64,000 bases of DNA. It comes from Deltaproteobacteria bacterium (GTDB lineage Bacteria; Myxococcota_A; UBA9042; CAIXZC01). The DNA lies in assembly GCA_016875215.1 (NCBI GenBank), contig VGRX01000001.1, forward strand, positions 11,312 through 75,311. Direction: 5' to 3'. A model generated the notes under the pieces. It was given only the letters and a program-made list of their open reading frames with translations. It made no database searches and had not been told where the DNA came from. The stretch's first letter is position 1. Each line of letters starts with the position of its first letter. This document shows, piece after piece, positions 8,307-18,271 of this stretch. The translations under genes and the position numbers were made by a program.

Positions 8307-10622
8307 ATGTGCACAATCCGGCGGGCTGCGTGTCTGGCGGTGGCGTTGCTTGCGGCTGCGTGTCTGACGTCGTGCTCACAGAGCAGCGGGGGAAGCGGCC
8401 CCCCGGCGGACATCGAGATCGACTCGTCGCGCAGCCCCGATTCCGGTTTGCCCCCGGCCGACGTGACGAAGACCGACGGAGCGCCGGCCGACCTGCAACG
8501 TGGCGAATCCAACCCGGACGCCCCGGTCCAGGACGAAGGCGTCCCTCTGTTCGGCCCGTTCCCGGCGACGCCGGCGGGCAGCCCTCTCCCCCCCGGGATT
8601 GTCTCCTGCCCCGTGTACCGTCAAACCCGGTGTGACGACGGGCTGCTTTCCACCTGCGATCTCTACGACGCCGCGGCAGGGGACTGGGCCGCGTCGCCGG
8701 ACGCGTACGCGGAACAGATCTTCTGGTACGACCGCTACTTCGACCTCTACCACCGGATGGAAGGGCAGCAGTCCGAGTTTCTTTACACCGAGCCCATGCC
8801 GCCCGGCACTCCGGAGAGCCTGTGGGGAGCGGCGGAGAAGGTCCAGACCTATACGGGGCACTGGGATTCGGCCGGGTGGACAGGGACTGCGCTCCAGGCC
8901 GCAGCCGCCCGCTACGCAATGACCGGCACCGAGGCCGACTACGAGCGCATGCTGTCGCAGCTCGAAGCCATGATGTTCATGTACGAGGCCACCGGCGTGC
9001 CCGGACTGCTCATGCGCTGCCACTACGCCATGCTGCCCGAAGGTGCCCCGAACCCGGTCGGCCATCCCGGAAAAGCGCTCATCCCCTATTCCCCACCCGA
9101 GGTCTGGGCTGACCGCAACCCCATCCCCGAGGGCTGCCTGGCCCGCCTGCCGGCCTACTACGCGGATGGCGTCGACATCCAGGGTACCCACTACTCGACC
9201 ACCCCGTTCTGGATGGGGGATGCGTCCCGCGACATGTACGTCCGGTCACTTCCGGGCATCCTCCTGGCGTACGACTTCCTCGGCCAGGGCGAGCGGGAGG
9301 ACAAGATGCGCGGCGACATCCGCACCTACCTTCCCTGCACGCTCAAGCGCCTCAAGAAGCTGCGCATCGTCAACCTCCAGAAGAACTCGGTGATCATGGA
9401 GGCGATTGCCGCGTACTTCGGCAAGAACAGTCTCCACCTCGACCCCGGAGATCTGGACCTGGCCACGCTGGACACGGTGATCGGCTACGTCATGGAGGAA
9501 CCCCGGCCCGACAAGCCCGGCACTTTCGATCCCGCCTGCCCGGACTCGCTTCCCATGGAGGTCCACCCCGACTACGACTTCGATGCTTCGTCCGAGGACT
9601 TCATGATCCGGTTCCTGACCACCATGGCCCGACTGGGCCAGGGCGAGGAGCCCATCGCGTGGATCCTGTTCCCCTCGGTGCGGGGAGGCGATGCGCTCTA
9701 CATGCTTCAATGGGCGCAGACCGGATACTACCTCCTCGGAGATGAGCGGTTCCTGGACTATGCCAGGCAGCTCATGGAGGAGACGGAGTTCTGGCCTGTC
9801 GTGGATACCATGGGCTCGTTCTGGCTGCCGAAGTGGTGCAAGCCGCACTACGGGCCGAGCCTGGCCTATCCCACCTTCTGGAATCTCCAGAACCGCGTCG
9901 ACCGCACGCAGTTCCCCGTCTTCTGGAACAAGCTCGCCACCGCGGTCAGGGAGGAGTACCGCTTCAAGGAGCTCGTCGATGCCAACGACTGCTACTTCGG
10001 CGTCCTGTACGATTCCATGGTGGATGATGCCATCGATCCGGACGCGCATGCCTATGCCTCGGAGATGGTCGCCATGCTGCGGGAGACCGGACAGTACCAG
10101 GTCGACGACCCGTTCGAGCCACGGCGGAGCTACAATACGGACCTGATCGAGAACCCCCCCGCCGGGTTCTCGGTCAAGACGGTGCCGCTTTCGCCGGAAG
10201 ACAAGAAGCTCTGCACCGAGCCGGTCGAGGTCTTCGGGATGAAGTTCGAAATGCAGAAGATGGAGGACGAGCTGCCCCGGGCGGTGAAGGGACTCCCGAT
10301 CCGGTACCGCATCGGCGGGCCGTTCCAGTGGCAGGAGGATCCGTTCCAGCTCCACAAGGACTACGGCGACCGCAACGGCCGTACGCAGTGGCCCATGTCC
10401 GGTCTCAGCGCCGCATACTGGACCGGGAGGCTGCAGGGAACGATCACCGATGGTGCGGGGCTCGTGCTGGCCTGGCGCGAGGATGGCGAGACGTGCCGGG
10501 AACTCCAGGACACGCCCGGGGCCTTCCACCAGGCCGCGGACGGAACCTGGGAGGGGGGTCATGCGGCTCGAGCCCGAGGTTCGCAGGAAGCAGGCAGACG
10601 ATTCCTGGCTGGTCACCGATGA
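8307..10622 (+). CDS. hypothetical secreted lipoprotein (771 aa)
   Basis: Signal/lipobox AACLTSCSQS. Long ORF with coding-like composition; no recognised family. Confidence 0.55.
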   Translation: MCTIRRAACLAVALLAAACLTSCSQSSGGSGPPADIEIDSSRSPDSGLPPADVTKTDGAPADLQRGESNPDAPVQDEGVPLFGPFPATPAGSPLPPGIVSCPVYRQTRCDDGLLSTCDLYDAAAGDWAASPDAYAEQIFWYDRYFDLYHRMEGQQSEFLYTEPMPPGTPESLWGAAEKVQTYTGHWDSAGWTGTALQAAAARYAMTGTEADYERMLSQLEAMMFMYEATGVPGLLMRCHYAMLPEGAPNPVGHPGKALIPYSPPEVWADRNPIPEGCLARLPAYYADGVDIQGTHYSTTPFWMGDASRDMYVRSLPGILLAYDFLGQGEREDKMRGDIRTYLPCTLKRLKKLRIVNLQKNSVIMEAIAAYFGKNSLHLDPGDLDLATLDTVIGYVMEEPRPDKPGTFDPACPDSLPMEVHPDYDFDASSEDFMIRFLTTMARLGQGEEPIAWILFPSVRGGDALYMLQWAQTGYYLLGDERFLDYARQLMEETEFWPVVDTMGSFWLPKWCKPHYGPSLAYPTFWNLQNRVDRTQFPVFWNKLATAVREEYRFKELVDANDCYFGVLYDSMVDDAIDPDAHAYASEMVAMLRETGQYQVDDPFEPRRSYNTDLIENPPAGFSVKTVPLSPEDKKLCTEPVEVFGMKFEMQKMEDELPRAVKGLPIRYRIGGPFQWQEDPFQLHKDYGDRNGRTQWPMSGLSAAYWTGRLQGTITDGAGLVLAWREDGETCRELQDTPGAFHQAADGTWEGGHAARARGSQEAGRRFLAGHR

Positions 10623-10662
10623 CCTGTACACCCGGAATCCGCAGCCCACTCCCGGGCCGGGC

Positions 10663-11502
10663 TCACACCTCGAAGAGGTCGTGGAAAGCGGCGGGACCGT
10701 GGTCGGCCTCCAGACGGGGGGATGCCCGGCGATCGACCAGCTCGCCGCTCTCAAGCTTGGCGGATAGCACCTTCTTCATCGACTCGATCTCGCCATCGGT
10801 GTAGCGCCGGTCCTTTGCCGGCGTAGCTCCCTTCAGATTCATCACGCTTCCCTTCGCCCTGGTGTGCGACAGGCCGAAGAAGTGCCCGAATTCGTGAACC
10901 AGCGTGAACGGCCAGGCGATCGATGACACGATGATCCAGCGCTTGCGAACGTCCTTGCGCAGCCGCCAGTGCACCCCGTAGATCTCGCCGGCCTCGTCCA
11001 CGTTGTCCACCTTGCCCGGGACGAACACGTTGACCACTCCCTTGCGCCAGCGCTTCTCGCCCAGGCGGTCGCGGTCATCCTTCGATACCACGTGGTACTC
11101 CTCCAGCGGCAGGAATTCCACGCTGTCCAGCTCCAGAGCGATGCCCAGCGGCGCCAACCCCTCGTTCGCATGCGCCACCTGCTCCGCCACCCACTCCGGC
11201 TTCTGCACCGGGCCTGTGTCGTCGGTCCCCACGAACAGGGCGATGCCGAGGCAGACGACCTCCCCCTCCCGGCATCCGGGGACGGCCTCGACATAGGCCT
11301 CCCCGCTGAGCCCCGCAACCCCGCCCGCCAGCGCCTCCATCAACTGCACCTCGCCGCTGCCGGCCGGCTCCTCAGGCTGCGCAGACGGCTCAGGCTGCGC
11401 CTCGGCAGCGTCCTCGTGCGCCGCTTCAGCGGCCTTGACTGGCTCATCGGCTTGTTTTCCGGCTGCAACCGCTGCCAGCACCATCATCGCGACCAGGACC
11501 AT
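10663..11502 (-). CDS. secreted zinc metalloprotease, metzincin-type (HEFGHFFGLSH)
   Basis: Start at MVLVAMMVLAAVAAG (GGGGGAGG SD). Extended zinc-binding motif HExxHxxGxxH near the C-terminus. Confidence 0.7.
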   Translation of the reverse strand: MVLVAMMVLAAVAAGKQADEPVKAAEAAHEDAAEAQPEPSAQPEEPAGSGEVQLMEALAGGVAGLSGEAYVEAVPGCREGEVVCLGIALFVGTDDTGPVQKPEWVAEQVAHANEGLAPLGIALELDSVEFLPLEEYHVVSKDDRDRLGEKRWRKGVVNVFVPGKVDNVDEAGEIYGVHWRLRKDVRKRWIIVSSIAWPFTLVHEFGHFFGLSHTRAKGSVMNLKGATPAKDRRYTDGEIESMKKVLSAKLESGELVDRRASPRLEADHGPAAFHDLFEV

Positions 11503-11542
11503 CCTCCCCCCTCGACTCTGTCTCGCTTTCGGGCTTGGTCGC

Positions 11543-11995
11543 CTACTCCCCCCCCACCATGCATAACCTGGGGAACCGCTTGCCGACCTTCTGCACCAGC
11601 CTCCCGTCCGCCGTGAACAGCGACACGTCCATCCACTCGGACAGGGCCAGATACTGGGCATCGTACGCGGACGGAAGCGCCAACTCCCGGCTCAGCACCA
11701 GGGCGCGATGCAGCAGCACCGGATCGTAGACAAGCTCCATGCCAAGCGCCAGGATGTCGTCCAGCGCCTTCTCCGAAGCAGCGGACGTCAACACCCGAGC
11801 CCGTTCCAGCTGGCGAAGAGCGTTGACACACTCGAAGGCCAGGAGAGACGGTGCCAGAACCCGGGTCTGCTCCTCGGTCCACTCCCGCCACAGGGCATGG
11901 ACAGCCTGCTCGCCCGCCCCCCCCACGACCAGCCTCATGACCAGACATGCATCCACGCAGACTGCGGAACTGGCGCTCACCATCTCCCTCCTCAT
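11543..11995 (-). CDS. vapC: type II toxin VapC (PIN domain)
   Basis: About 145 aa. VCVDACLVMRLV N-terminal PIN block and acidic residues spaced as in VapC. Lies immediately downstream of an antitoxin gene. Alternative start at 11983. Confidence 0.65.
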   Translation of the reverse strand: MRREMVSASSAVCVDACLVMRLVVGGAGEQAVHALWREWTEEQTRVLAPSLLAFECVNALRQLERARVLTSAASEKALDDILALGMELVYDPVLLHRALVLSRELALPSAYDAQYLALSEWMDVSLFTADGRLVQKVGKRFPRLCMVGGE

Positions 11996-12039
11996 GGCTC
12001 ATCCGGGACCGGCAACAGCCTGGAGGCGACGCACCAGAC

Positions 12040-12378
12040 TCAACTCAGGTTGTCCAGGAGCTGCTCGTCCCTGTCCCCACGTTCCCGACGAATGAGCTCG
12101 ACGACATCCGGCAGTGGCTTCCCCTTGCGCCTGCGGGCGATGCCCTTGCGAAGAGCCGCCAGCCTCTCCAGCGCATCCGCCCGGGTCGCATGGGCCCCGG
12201 CCGCGGCCAGCCGCTCGTAGCTCTCCATGGACAGGACGACCACCATGGGCTTGCCTCCCCGCTCCACGAAGACAGGCTCACTGCCCTCGACGGCCATGCG
12301 CATCACCTCTCCGAACCGGACCCTCGCCTCGGTCGCGCTGACCTTCCTGCCACCCATGCTTGCCCCCCAATCCATCAA
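12040..12378 (-). CDS. Phd/YefM-family antitoxin
   Basis: KVSATEARVRFGEVMRMAVEGSEPVFVERGGKPMVVVLSMESYERL is the typical Phd/YefM N-terminal fold. Paired with vapC. Confidence 0.65.
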   Translation of the reverse strand: MMDWGASMGGRKVSATEARVRFGEVMRMAVEGSEPVFVERGGKPMVVVLSMESYERLAAAGAHATRADALERLAALRKGIARRRKGKPLPDVVELIRRERGDRDEQLLDNLS

Positions 12379-12432
12379 TCATCGATCAATCAATCCAAGG
12401 CCATTGTGCCACCTGGCCGGCTCGGTGTCAAC

Positions 12433-12600
12433 GCGCGGATCGACATGTCGGGGTTCCATCCATGAGCCGTGGGTGCGGGCAACCCGACGGCCGATGCACC
12501 GAGACGGGCCGGCGGTGCGGGCAACCCGTGGGCCCACGCCATTGACAGGGCCGGCGGTGCGGGCAACCCAACGGCCGGCGAGGGTGCGGCGGGTCCGTCG
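12433..12600 (+). repeat. composite REP/BIME-like cluster A1 (leader cgacatgtcggggttccatccatgagcc plus three REP units)
   Basis: Near-identical architecture to 18272-18420. Confidence 0.65.
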
Positions 12601-12749
12601 GGAAGGCGGTCTTGCCAATGGATTGACCTCATGCGTCCGAGTTCCCGGACCTCGCATTGGCGGTTCCGTTTTCCTTTGGCATTCAAGTATCGACATCGGC
12701 TACACTGACGATGAACATGTCGGTGAGCGGGATGGTTCGAAAGAAGTAC

Positions 12750-14117
12750 ATGTCCACCAAGGCCCTGGCCGGCTGGCATGCTGTCGTCGCGGTCACAGCA
12801 GCGCTCCTCCTGGCCGGTTCCTGTACGAGCAGGGCCGAGAAGTGCGCCAGGATCGATGCGCTCTGCTGCGCGGAGCTGGTGGCCGCGAGCGCGCCGGATC
12901 CACTGTGGCATCCTCTGCTCGGTGTTGCAGTGGGCTACAGCGAGGCGGGCCGCTACGACGATGCGCTGAGACTGGCCCGGGAGTGCAATCGTGACCAGTG
13001 GGTCCTGTTGGCATTGACTGACATCGCCCGGGAGATGGCCTCCGGCGGAGCCGCACAGAGCGTTCTGGAAGAGACCGTGGAGTACGCTCTCGAACAGGCC
13101 ATGGAGACACCGGACTACAGTGACTTGAAGCCACCTACGGCTGCGCTCAATGCCGCCATACAGGCGACCAGCGTTGTCCGACTGGCGTCGCTCCTTCCTG
13201 CCGTGGGAAGACAAGACGAAGTGTCCGCAGCAGTCCGCCACTCCGAGGGACTGATCGAGATGCTGGAAGAGGCGTGGGGAAAGGCCCTTGCCTCGTGCAT
13301 GGTCGGTGCAACCATGTGGGAAGAGGGCTTCATGGAGCCGGCCCGCCGCATGAGGGACGTGTGCATGGGCCTCAACAGTCGCTCAACCGGCCCGGAGTTC
13401 CCGCAGCTGGCAAAGGAATCGCTGTTCGTGACCAACGCAGAGAAGTGGGGCACCGCCGGACACCCCGAATGGGCCCGGGAATTCCTCGATGCCGCCGAGG
13501 ATTGTGACGACGACGGTTCTCTCGTTCGGGGTATGTCGGAGTCAGTCGCCCAGGCTTTCGCCAAGGCCGGCTTGCTCGACGAGTCGGAGGAGTGGATGGC
13601 CCGGATTCCAGGGGCAGCCGGGCAGGTGCGGGTTCTCGTCGCCATGGGGAAGAAGCTGGCCAGCCTCGATCGTCACGAGGATGCCGCCCTGCTCGTGCCG
13701 CGCATCGAGTCCCTGATACGGGAAGCCCGGGACGACCTGGCGGTGGACGACGTGGGATGTGGCGAGCTTCGCGCCTCAATCGAGCTTGCCGAGTTGCTGC
13801 TGTTGCTCGACGAAGCCGGCCGCGCCCGAGATTTGGTGGCTTCGGCGTTGGAACGTACCGGGAACAAGCCGGGATGTGGGGCCATGCTCGAAGTCGTCGT
13901 CACCGTGCAGGTGGCGGAACTCCTGGCCGCGACCGGCGACTTCCTCGCTGCGCTGGAGACAGCAGAGAGCATCCGGGACAATGCTCCGAATCTCAGCGGC
14001 GTGCTCGCACGGATTGGTGTCCAGGCCGCCCGGCAGGGGCACACGCTCACATCCGACGAGACGGCCGTGCTGGGCCGGATCGTGGATCGGTTGGAGAAGG
14101 ACGATGTTCGCAAGTAG
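12750..14117 (+). CDS. hypothetical lipoprotein, alpha-helical repeat-like
   Basis: MSTKALAGWHAVVAVTAALLLAGSCTS signal/lipobox; in frame with the longer ORF starting at 12657. Confidence 0.5.
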   Translation: MSTKALAGWHAVVAVTAALLLAGSCTSRAEKCARIDALCCAELVAASAPDPLWHPLLGVAVGYSEAGRYDDALRLARECNRDQWVLLALTDIAREMASGGAAQSVLEETVEYALEQAMETPDYSDLKPPTAALNAAIQATSVVRLASLLPAVGRQDEVSAAVRHSEGLIEMLEEAWGKALASCMVGATMWEEGFMEPARRMRDVCMGLNSRSTGPEFPQLAKESLFVTNAEKWGTAGHPEWAREFLDAAEDCDDDGSLVRGMSESVAQAFAKAGLLDESEEWMARIPGAAGQVRVLVAMGKKLASLDRHEDAALLVPRIESLIREARDDLAVDDVGCGELRASIELAELLLLLDEAGRARDLVASALERTGNKPGCGAMLEVVVTVQVAELLAATGDFLAALETAESIRDNAPNLSGVLARIGVQAARQGHTLTSDETAVLGRIVDRLEKDDVRK

Positions 14118-14526
14118 GCTGGACGCGTTGCTGCACAGGAGCCGGCTCCTGCGAGGAGTCGGAAGCTTGCTCATCGCGTTCTTCTGGACAGTCATGCTGC
14201 TGTTCGCCCTGGTATTCGGCGGGGGGCTCTACTTCGCATGGAAGAACAGCCGGGGACGTGCCGAGATGGAGGAGCTCTGCCGGAGCTCGGCCGGACAGCC
14301 AATGGCGGAGGTGGTCGAGCACTTCGGATACCCGATTGGCACTGTGAAACGCAACGTCGATGGCCAGTTGTGCACGGACGGGGAACTCGGCAACTGCTCG
14401 GGCTCCTGGGACTGCCCCGTGGCCGACGTGTTCTACCGCTACGGGGCCGTGTGTTTCGTCTGCGTCGGCCGATCATCCGACGGGACCAAGGTCGCTGGCC
14501 AGCGACGTCTCGTCCTGGAGCCGTGA
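14106..14526 (+). CDS. small membrane protein, hypothetical
   Basis: N-terminal TM (LLIAFFWTVMLLFALVFGGGLYFAW). Cys-rich tail. Start overlaps the upstream stop. Confidence 0.35.
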
Positions 14527-14564
14527 AGTGGGTGCGGCGGGGGTGCAACCTGGCCACCCCGACG

Positions 14565-14780
14565 CACGGCCCGCTCCTCTGCCGGCCTTGTGTGCGCTGG
14601 TGCTGGCTGCCTCCTGCGGTGGGGGCGGGAAGAACACCGACGGTTCGGATGCACGCGTCGACCCGGACAATTCGCAGGGTGTGGACCGTGTACAGGGAGA
14701 CGGCCGGGGCACCGATGCAGACGGCGATGCAGCTGCGAAAGGGCCAACAACGAGGGCCCCATCGGCTGGCTGGAGTAGAC
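14565..14780 (+). pseudogene. repeat B1: degenerate copy of an ~80 aa Asp/Gly-rich lipoprotein minigene (ATG lost)
   Basis: About 85% nt identity to 18855-19075. Encodes ALVLAASCGGGGKNTDGSDARVDPDNSQGVDRVQGDGRGTDADGDAAAKG but has no start codon. Confidence 0.45.
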
Positions 14781-14820
14781 CCTCGGGACGTAGCAGAAGG
14801 TCCTCTCGACCGGGATTGCA

Positions 14821-15494
14821 ATGCGGCCCTGTTCGCGCGGAAGTCCGACATCGGAGGAAACGGAAGATGCAATGGGAGAGCGAAGACCGGCTTTCGACCG
14901 ACATGGTGGCACGGGTGGTAGCCCGGAAGATCGCCGAGTCCGCCGGCCCGACAGGCGCCCCCTGGCCGAAGTGATCAACGAGTTCGTCTACCACGAGCGG
15001 GAACGGCTTCGGCGCGAAGAAGACGGCAGCGGAACTTCTCCGGATCTGGCGTTCCCTTCTTCTGTCCGGCGGGATCTTCCCAGGGCCGGGAGAGCACGAG
15101 AGATCGGGCTGCTCACCCGCATCATGGAACGTTATGCGGACGAGATCTGCAGCCACTTCAATCCCCTGGTCTACGCCCTTCGCAGTCGGCCGGAAGAAGA
15201 CCGATTCCCTCTACCAGGAGGCGCTTCGGGAACACTCGACGCTGCTCCTGGAGCAAGGCCGCCACGGTCTCTTCTTCCCGGGAGGGCCGCCGCTCCCGCT
15301 CCAACCGGATCGAAACCACACGCGAAAACGGCATGCTCGGCGTCACCCTCGCAGCGTCTTTCCTGGCCGACTCGGTGGTCTTCCCCAATGCTCCACTCTT
15401 CGAGGAGGTCCACCGCTTCGTGCACCGCGGGGGCGACCCGTCCGTGGCACTCGAGCGGCTCATGCGCATTGCTCCCCATGTGAACGTCCGGTAG
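14821..15494 (+). pseudogene. frameshifted remnant of an acyltransferase-like gene
   Basis: Protein-like segments continue across three frames: EVINEFVYHERERL... in frame 1, LFFPGG... in frame 2, ENGMLGVTLAASFLAD...ERLMRIAPHVNVR in frame 3. At least two frameshifts. The LFFPGG block resembles GPAT/LPLAT motif III; family assignment is weak. Confidence 0.3.
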
Positions 15495-15620
15495 GTAGCC
15501 TGCGGAATTCCTTCCATTCCTCCGTGGATTCCTGTACAAGGTCTGGCATCTTGAATGGGTCCACTCGGGTCGCGCCTCCAGATTGCGGACAACGGCCTGA
15601 ACCCATGAAAGGAGTCGAAC

Positions 15621-16247
15621 ATGAAGAAGTTCCTGGTAGTTGCGGCAATGCTGGCTCTCGGGCTTTGCACCGTCGGTTGCGGCAGCGGCGACAGCAGCAA
15701 GGATACCACCACCCCGAACGACACCACCACCGGCGATGCAGTCGTGCCCACGGACGACACCGTCCCGGCTGACGACACCGTCCCGGCCGATGACACCGTC
15801 CCGGTCGATGACACCGTCCCGGCCGATGACACCGTCCCGGCCGATGACACCGTCCCGGCAGACGACACCGTCCCCGCTGACGACACCGTCCCGGCAGACG
15901 ACACCGTCCCCGAGGAAGTCGTGGTCCCGACCGATGCTTGCCAGAACGCGGCCGACCTCGCCATCATCCAGGCCGATGCCGATGCCATCTCCGCCAAGGC
16001 CAAGGAATGCGGCATGGGCTGCATCGCCGACCCCGACATCGTCACCTGCGCCACCCCGTGCGTCGAGGAAGGCACCGGCCTCACCGCCGCCTGCTCGAGC
16101 TGCTACGTCGGCATCATCGGCTGCACCATCCAGAACTGCATCGCCGAGTGCTTCGCCGACGCCGAAGCTCCCGCCTGCAAGACCTGCCAGGAAGAGAAGG
16201 GCTGCACCGAGGCCTTCTACGCCTGCTCGGGTCTGCCGCAGAACTAG
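15621..16247 (+). CDS. lipoprotein with (DDTVPA)x10 tandem repeat and Cys-rich C-terminal domain
   Basis: Signal/lipobox LGLCTVGCGS. Ten 8-aa repeats. C-terminal 110 aa has 14 Cys. Confidence 0.65.
   Translation: MKKFLVVAAMLALGLCTVGCGSGDSSKDTTTPNDTTTGDAVVPTDDTVPADDTVPADDTVPVDDTVPADDTVPADDTVPADDTVPADDTVPADDTVPEEVVVPTDACQNAADLAIIQADADAISAKAKECGMGCIADPDIVTCATPCVEEGTGLTAACSSCYVGIIGCTIQNCIAECFADAEAPACKTCQEEKGCTEAFYACSGLPQN
15745..15912 (+). repeat. 24 bp coding tandem repeat (about 7 copies) inside the lipoprotein gene
   Basis: gacgacaccgtcccggcNgaY units are contiguous. Confidence 0.7.
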
Positions 16248-16304
16248 AATAGCGCCTCCTTTCTCGTATGGCTGACCGTCATTACCACACCGGAGTAGAA
16301 GACC

Positions 16305-17552
16305 ATGTCGATGAAGAAGATCCCCCTGATGCTGATCCTGGCGGCTCTCGTCCTTGCGGGATGCAAGGGCAACTCGGACGGTACCACCACTGGTGACGTC
16401 CGAACCGGCGACACAACCGTTGCCGACGGCACGACCGACGGCTTCACCACCGACACCACAGCCCGGACCGATTCCGGAGAGACCCCGGGAACCGACATGC
16501 TTCAAGAGTTGTTCCAAGAGAGCCTTGGTCAAGACGCCGAGGCCTCGGACATCCCCCAGACCGACCTTGCCCAGGACACTCCCGACCCGCTCGACCAGCT
16601 CGAAACGCCCGATGGCGAGTCCTCGCTGGACACAGCGTCCGACGTCGAGCCGCAGTCCGGCGTCTGTCCCGTCATCGGCTACGAAGCGTGCGGCGGGGAC
16701 CTCATCGGGAAATGGAAGTTCCTGGACATGTGCCCGGATGACCCCAAGGCAGCCAACGACCTTTGCGAGAGCCCGTTCGACAACCTCCCCGCGTGCATCG
16801 GCGGAGGCAACGACATCCTCTGCGATTCCGTCATCGACGGCACGCTGGAGTTCATCGATTCCGACACGGCCAAGATGGTCTCCGAGCACTGGATCGTGTT
16901 CTCCTGGGTCTTTACCGATGCCTGCCTCGTCGCTGCCGGGCAGCCCGGAGCCGACGCTGAGGCCCGCTGCCTGTCGCTCAGCTCGGAGAAGCTTTCGTGC
17001 ACCTATGCCCCCGATGCCTGCACCTGCTCCGGCGCCAGTTGGAAGGAACCGGACGATACCGAATTCCCCTACACCGCGGCCGGCAGCGAGCTGACCCTGT
17101 TCCAGGACAAAATCAATGCGTCCTACTGCATCACCGGCGACCAGCTCGTCATCGACCACTACTTCTATCATCCGGTGAGCTGGCGCTACTGGGTCCTCGA
17201 GAAGGCCACCGAGGAGCCGCCCCCGCAATCGCTGACGCTCGAACAGGCCCAGGCGCTCCTCCCCGGCGTATGGGAAGGGGTGGCCTTTGCGGACAGCAGC
17301 AACCCCATCGAACCGGTCCCTCCCGGCTTCTTCAACGTCTTCTTCGAGGACGGCAAGTTCACGTTCAAGTGCGGAAAGCCCTCCAACGTCACCTGGAAGC
17401 TCATCGAGAAATGGGGCTTCCCCACCGTGGAGGTCACGCTCAGCCCCGGCTCCGTGGTTTACTGGGTCATCCAGGAGCTCACCGAGACCTCGCTGCACTA
17501 CATCGAGGGCGGGGATTCCTTCTACTACGAGCGCCGAGCGGATTGCCCCTGA
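16305..17552 (+). CDS. hypothetical Cys-rich lipoprotein (415 aa)
   Basis: MSMKKIPLMLILAALVLAGCKGNS lipobox; acidic, Thr/Asp-rich linker; good SD. Confidence 0.6.
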   Translation: MSMKKIPLMLILAALVLAGCKGNSDGTTTGDVRTGDTTVADGTTDGFTTDTTARTDSGETPGTDMLQELFQESLGQDAEASDIPQTDLAQDTPDPLDQLETPDGESSLDTASDVEPQSGVCPVIGYEACGGDLIGKWKFLDMCPDDPKAANDLCESPFDNLPACIGGGNDILCDSVIDGTLEFIDSDTAKMVSEHWIVFSWVFTDACLVAAGQPGADAEARCLSLSSEKLSCTYAPDACTCSGASWKEPDDTEFPYTAAGSELTLFQDKINASYCITGDQLVIDHYFYHPVSWRYWVLEKATEEPPPQSLTLEQAQALLPGVWEGVAFADSSNPIEPVPPGFFNVFFEDGKFTFKCGKPSNVTWKLIEKWGFPTVEVTLSPGSVVYWVIQELTETSLHYIEGGDSFYYERRADCP

Positions 17553-17614
17553 ACACGGTCACGTCCTCCGCCGATCAGCCGGCGATCCTGCCCCGAATCG
17601 TCATCAAGTGAGCA

Positions 17615-17800
17615 TGTGGAACGGCCTGTAGATACCAATAGACCTCCGCGGACCCGTTGTGGCCGAGGTAGGTGGCGAGTTCGGGGATCTCGCGACATCT
17701 GCACCGGCACGGTACCAGTCGATGAGCGTGGCGACCGCGAAGCGGTGGCGTAAGGAGGCTGATCGAAGTTGCTTCGCCAAGTGAGGCCGCAACCGTCGAG
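17615..17800 (-). pseudogene. tyrosine recombinase (phage-integrase family) C-terminal remnant, frameshifted
   Basis: Minus-strand SLRHRFAVATLIDWYRAGADV (box II RH-x-F-A). After a +1 shift it continues REIPELATYLGHNGSAEVYWYLQAVP (LGH...Y catalytic tail). No upstream integrase sequence remains. Confidence 0.5.
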
Positions 17801-18271
17801 ACAAATGGCGAGCGCGCCCGGAGCGACCGACCGAGCCGTACCAGGAGGTACGGCGACCGAGCGAGCGAGGACGTAAGCCGCCAGACGTCCGGTGGATGCG
17901 GTCGTAACGGCGAAGCAATCTTGGGCAGCCTCCTAAGGCACGAAAAGCGGCCCCATGTGCCAAGAACAAGGCATTCCTGGTCCTACGCGAACCCCGCCCC
18001 TCCATCCTCAAGATGCTCCCGTCCAGCGCTCCTGGCGCTACGAACGACACGGGGGAGGACACCCGCCGACCTCACGCTCACCTCGGGGGGGGGGAGGGGC
18101 GCGGATAGTCGGATGGGCGGCACACACTGGGGAAGGGACAAGCGTCTTGTCAACGGTCATACCAGTCGGTGACAAGAACCCCCGCCAGCCCCCTCCCGGA
18201 CGATCTCTTCAACGGCCTCACCGTCTCGGCCGCATCACCGCTGGCGAAAGGACGACCTGTCGTCTTGCTGT

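Noticed and set aside
9246-10754. 502-aa minus-strand ORF
   Set aside because: Antisense to the 8307-10622 lipoprotein gene. Gly/Arg/Pro-rich low-complexity translation.
15171-17498. 775-aa minus-strand ORF
   Set aside because: Antisense to two plus-strand lipoprotein genes. Repetitive GRDGV translation mirrors the DDTVPA repeat. No start context.
17560-18270. tRNA gene as integrase target next to the recombinase remnant
   Set aside because: No cloverleaf or T-loop (GTTCRANYC) candidate found by eye. The GGGGTTCCATCC in the repeat leader does not fit a T-arm.
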